Below, one piece after another: positions 63,651 to 64,000 of a DNA stretch of 64,000 nt. The stretch covers positions 608,001-672,000 of the forward strand of contig CAVUCU010000004.1 in assembly GCA_963740085.1 (NCBI GenBank), written 5' to 3'. The DNA is from Nitrospirota bacterium (lineage in GTDB: Bacteria; Nitrospirota; UBA9217). Under the pieces are notes generated by a model, which saw nothing but the letters and a program-made list of their open reading frames with translations, searched no databases and had not been told where the DNA came from. The translations under genes and the position numbers were made by a program. The stretch's first letter is position 1. Every line of letters starts with the position of its first letter.

Positions 63651-64000
63651 TCAAACCAAGACCGCCGCTGCTTCCTCTTTAATGCTCTCGATTGAAGTAA
63701 AACGTGGATAATATCCGATCGTATGGGCTTTCCTGCTGAGTGAAAAGTAGCTATCCTTGTTTCCCGTAGCGGAAGCAATGCTCATATTTTCTTCCACGGT
63801 ATATTTCAGTCCAAAGTTATTGCGAAAGAAGGATAGTATCTCAAATTTATCGACGGGATTAAGGCTGAACACATCATAAACATCATTACCCGTAGAATGT
63901 TCTATGCATTTTAGCACCAGAGAAAACAGGTCATCAGGATGGACATAATCTCTGATCATATTTTGCGGACTCGTCACAAATACCCTATTAGCTTTGATGC
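63651..64000 (-). CDS. C-terminal part of an NAD-dependent epimerase/dehydratase (runs off the window)
   Basis: IRDYVHPDDL, KA..IGY.P..TS typical of extended-SDR C-termini. Confidence 0.65.
   Translation of the reverse strand, partial: IKANRVFVTSPQNMIRDYVHPDDLFSLVLKCIEHSTGNDVYDVFSLNPVDKFEILSFFRNNFGLKYTVEENMSIASATGNKDSYFSLSRKAHTIGYYPRFTSIESIKEEAAAVLV

Overview
A 64-kb stretch of bacterial chromosome from a diderm (LPS-making) organism. Gene content (futalosine menaquinone genes, Geobacter-type split pilin, BioW biotin operon, PgpH-like HD protein) fits Nitrospirota or a Desulfobacterota-like lineage; the taxonomy is inference. The window very probably spans the replication terminus: a near-canonical XerCD dif site lies at 21528-21555, where gene orientation flips from mostly + to mostly -. 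Left of dif are PBP1A, cobO, the phoH-HD-ybeY-dgkA operon, accA, fba, PilZ/GGDEF signalling genes, tRNA-Leu(TAA), htpX, hsp20-lon and lipA. Right of dif are a long lipid/Kdo/nucleotide-sugar cluster, a ferredoxin, a HAMP-GGDEF plus lipoprotein pair, a pilA-N/pilA-C/ABC locus, mqn genes, mtaB/miaB, DUF62, a BirA-regulated biotin operon without bioA, and GDP-mannose/D-rhamnose and GtrAB-type genes. Best leads: (1) a four-helix-bundle gene enclosed by inverted 7-bp-periodic repeat arrays, with similar heptamer runs inserted in-frame in several housekeeping genes; (2) a membrane HAMP-GGDEF with the Asp-to-Ser signature of Hypr (cGAMP-making) GGDEFs, paired with an outer-membrane lipoprotein next to the pilin locus; (3) an SDR inside a biotin operon that lacks bioA. 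Five genes are broken by single-base indels that look like consensus errors. All calls come from reading the sequence and recalled family motifs; no searches were run.
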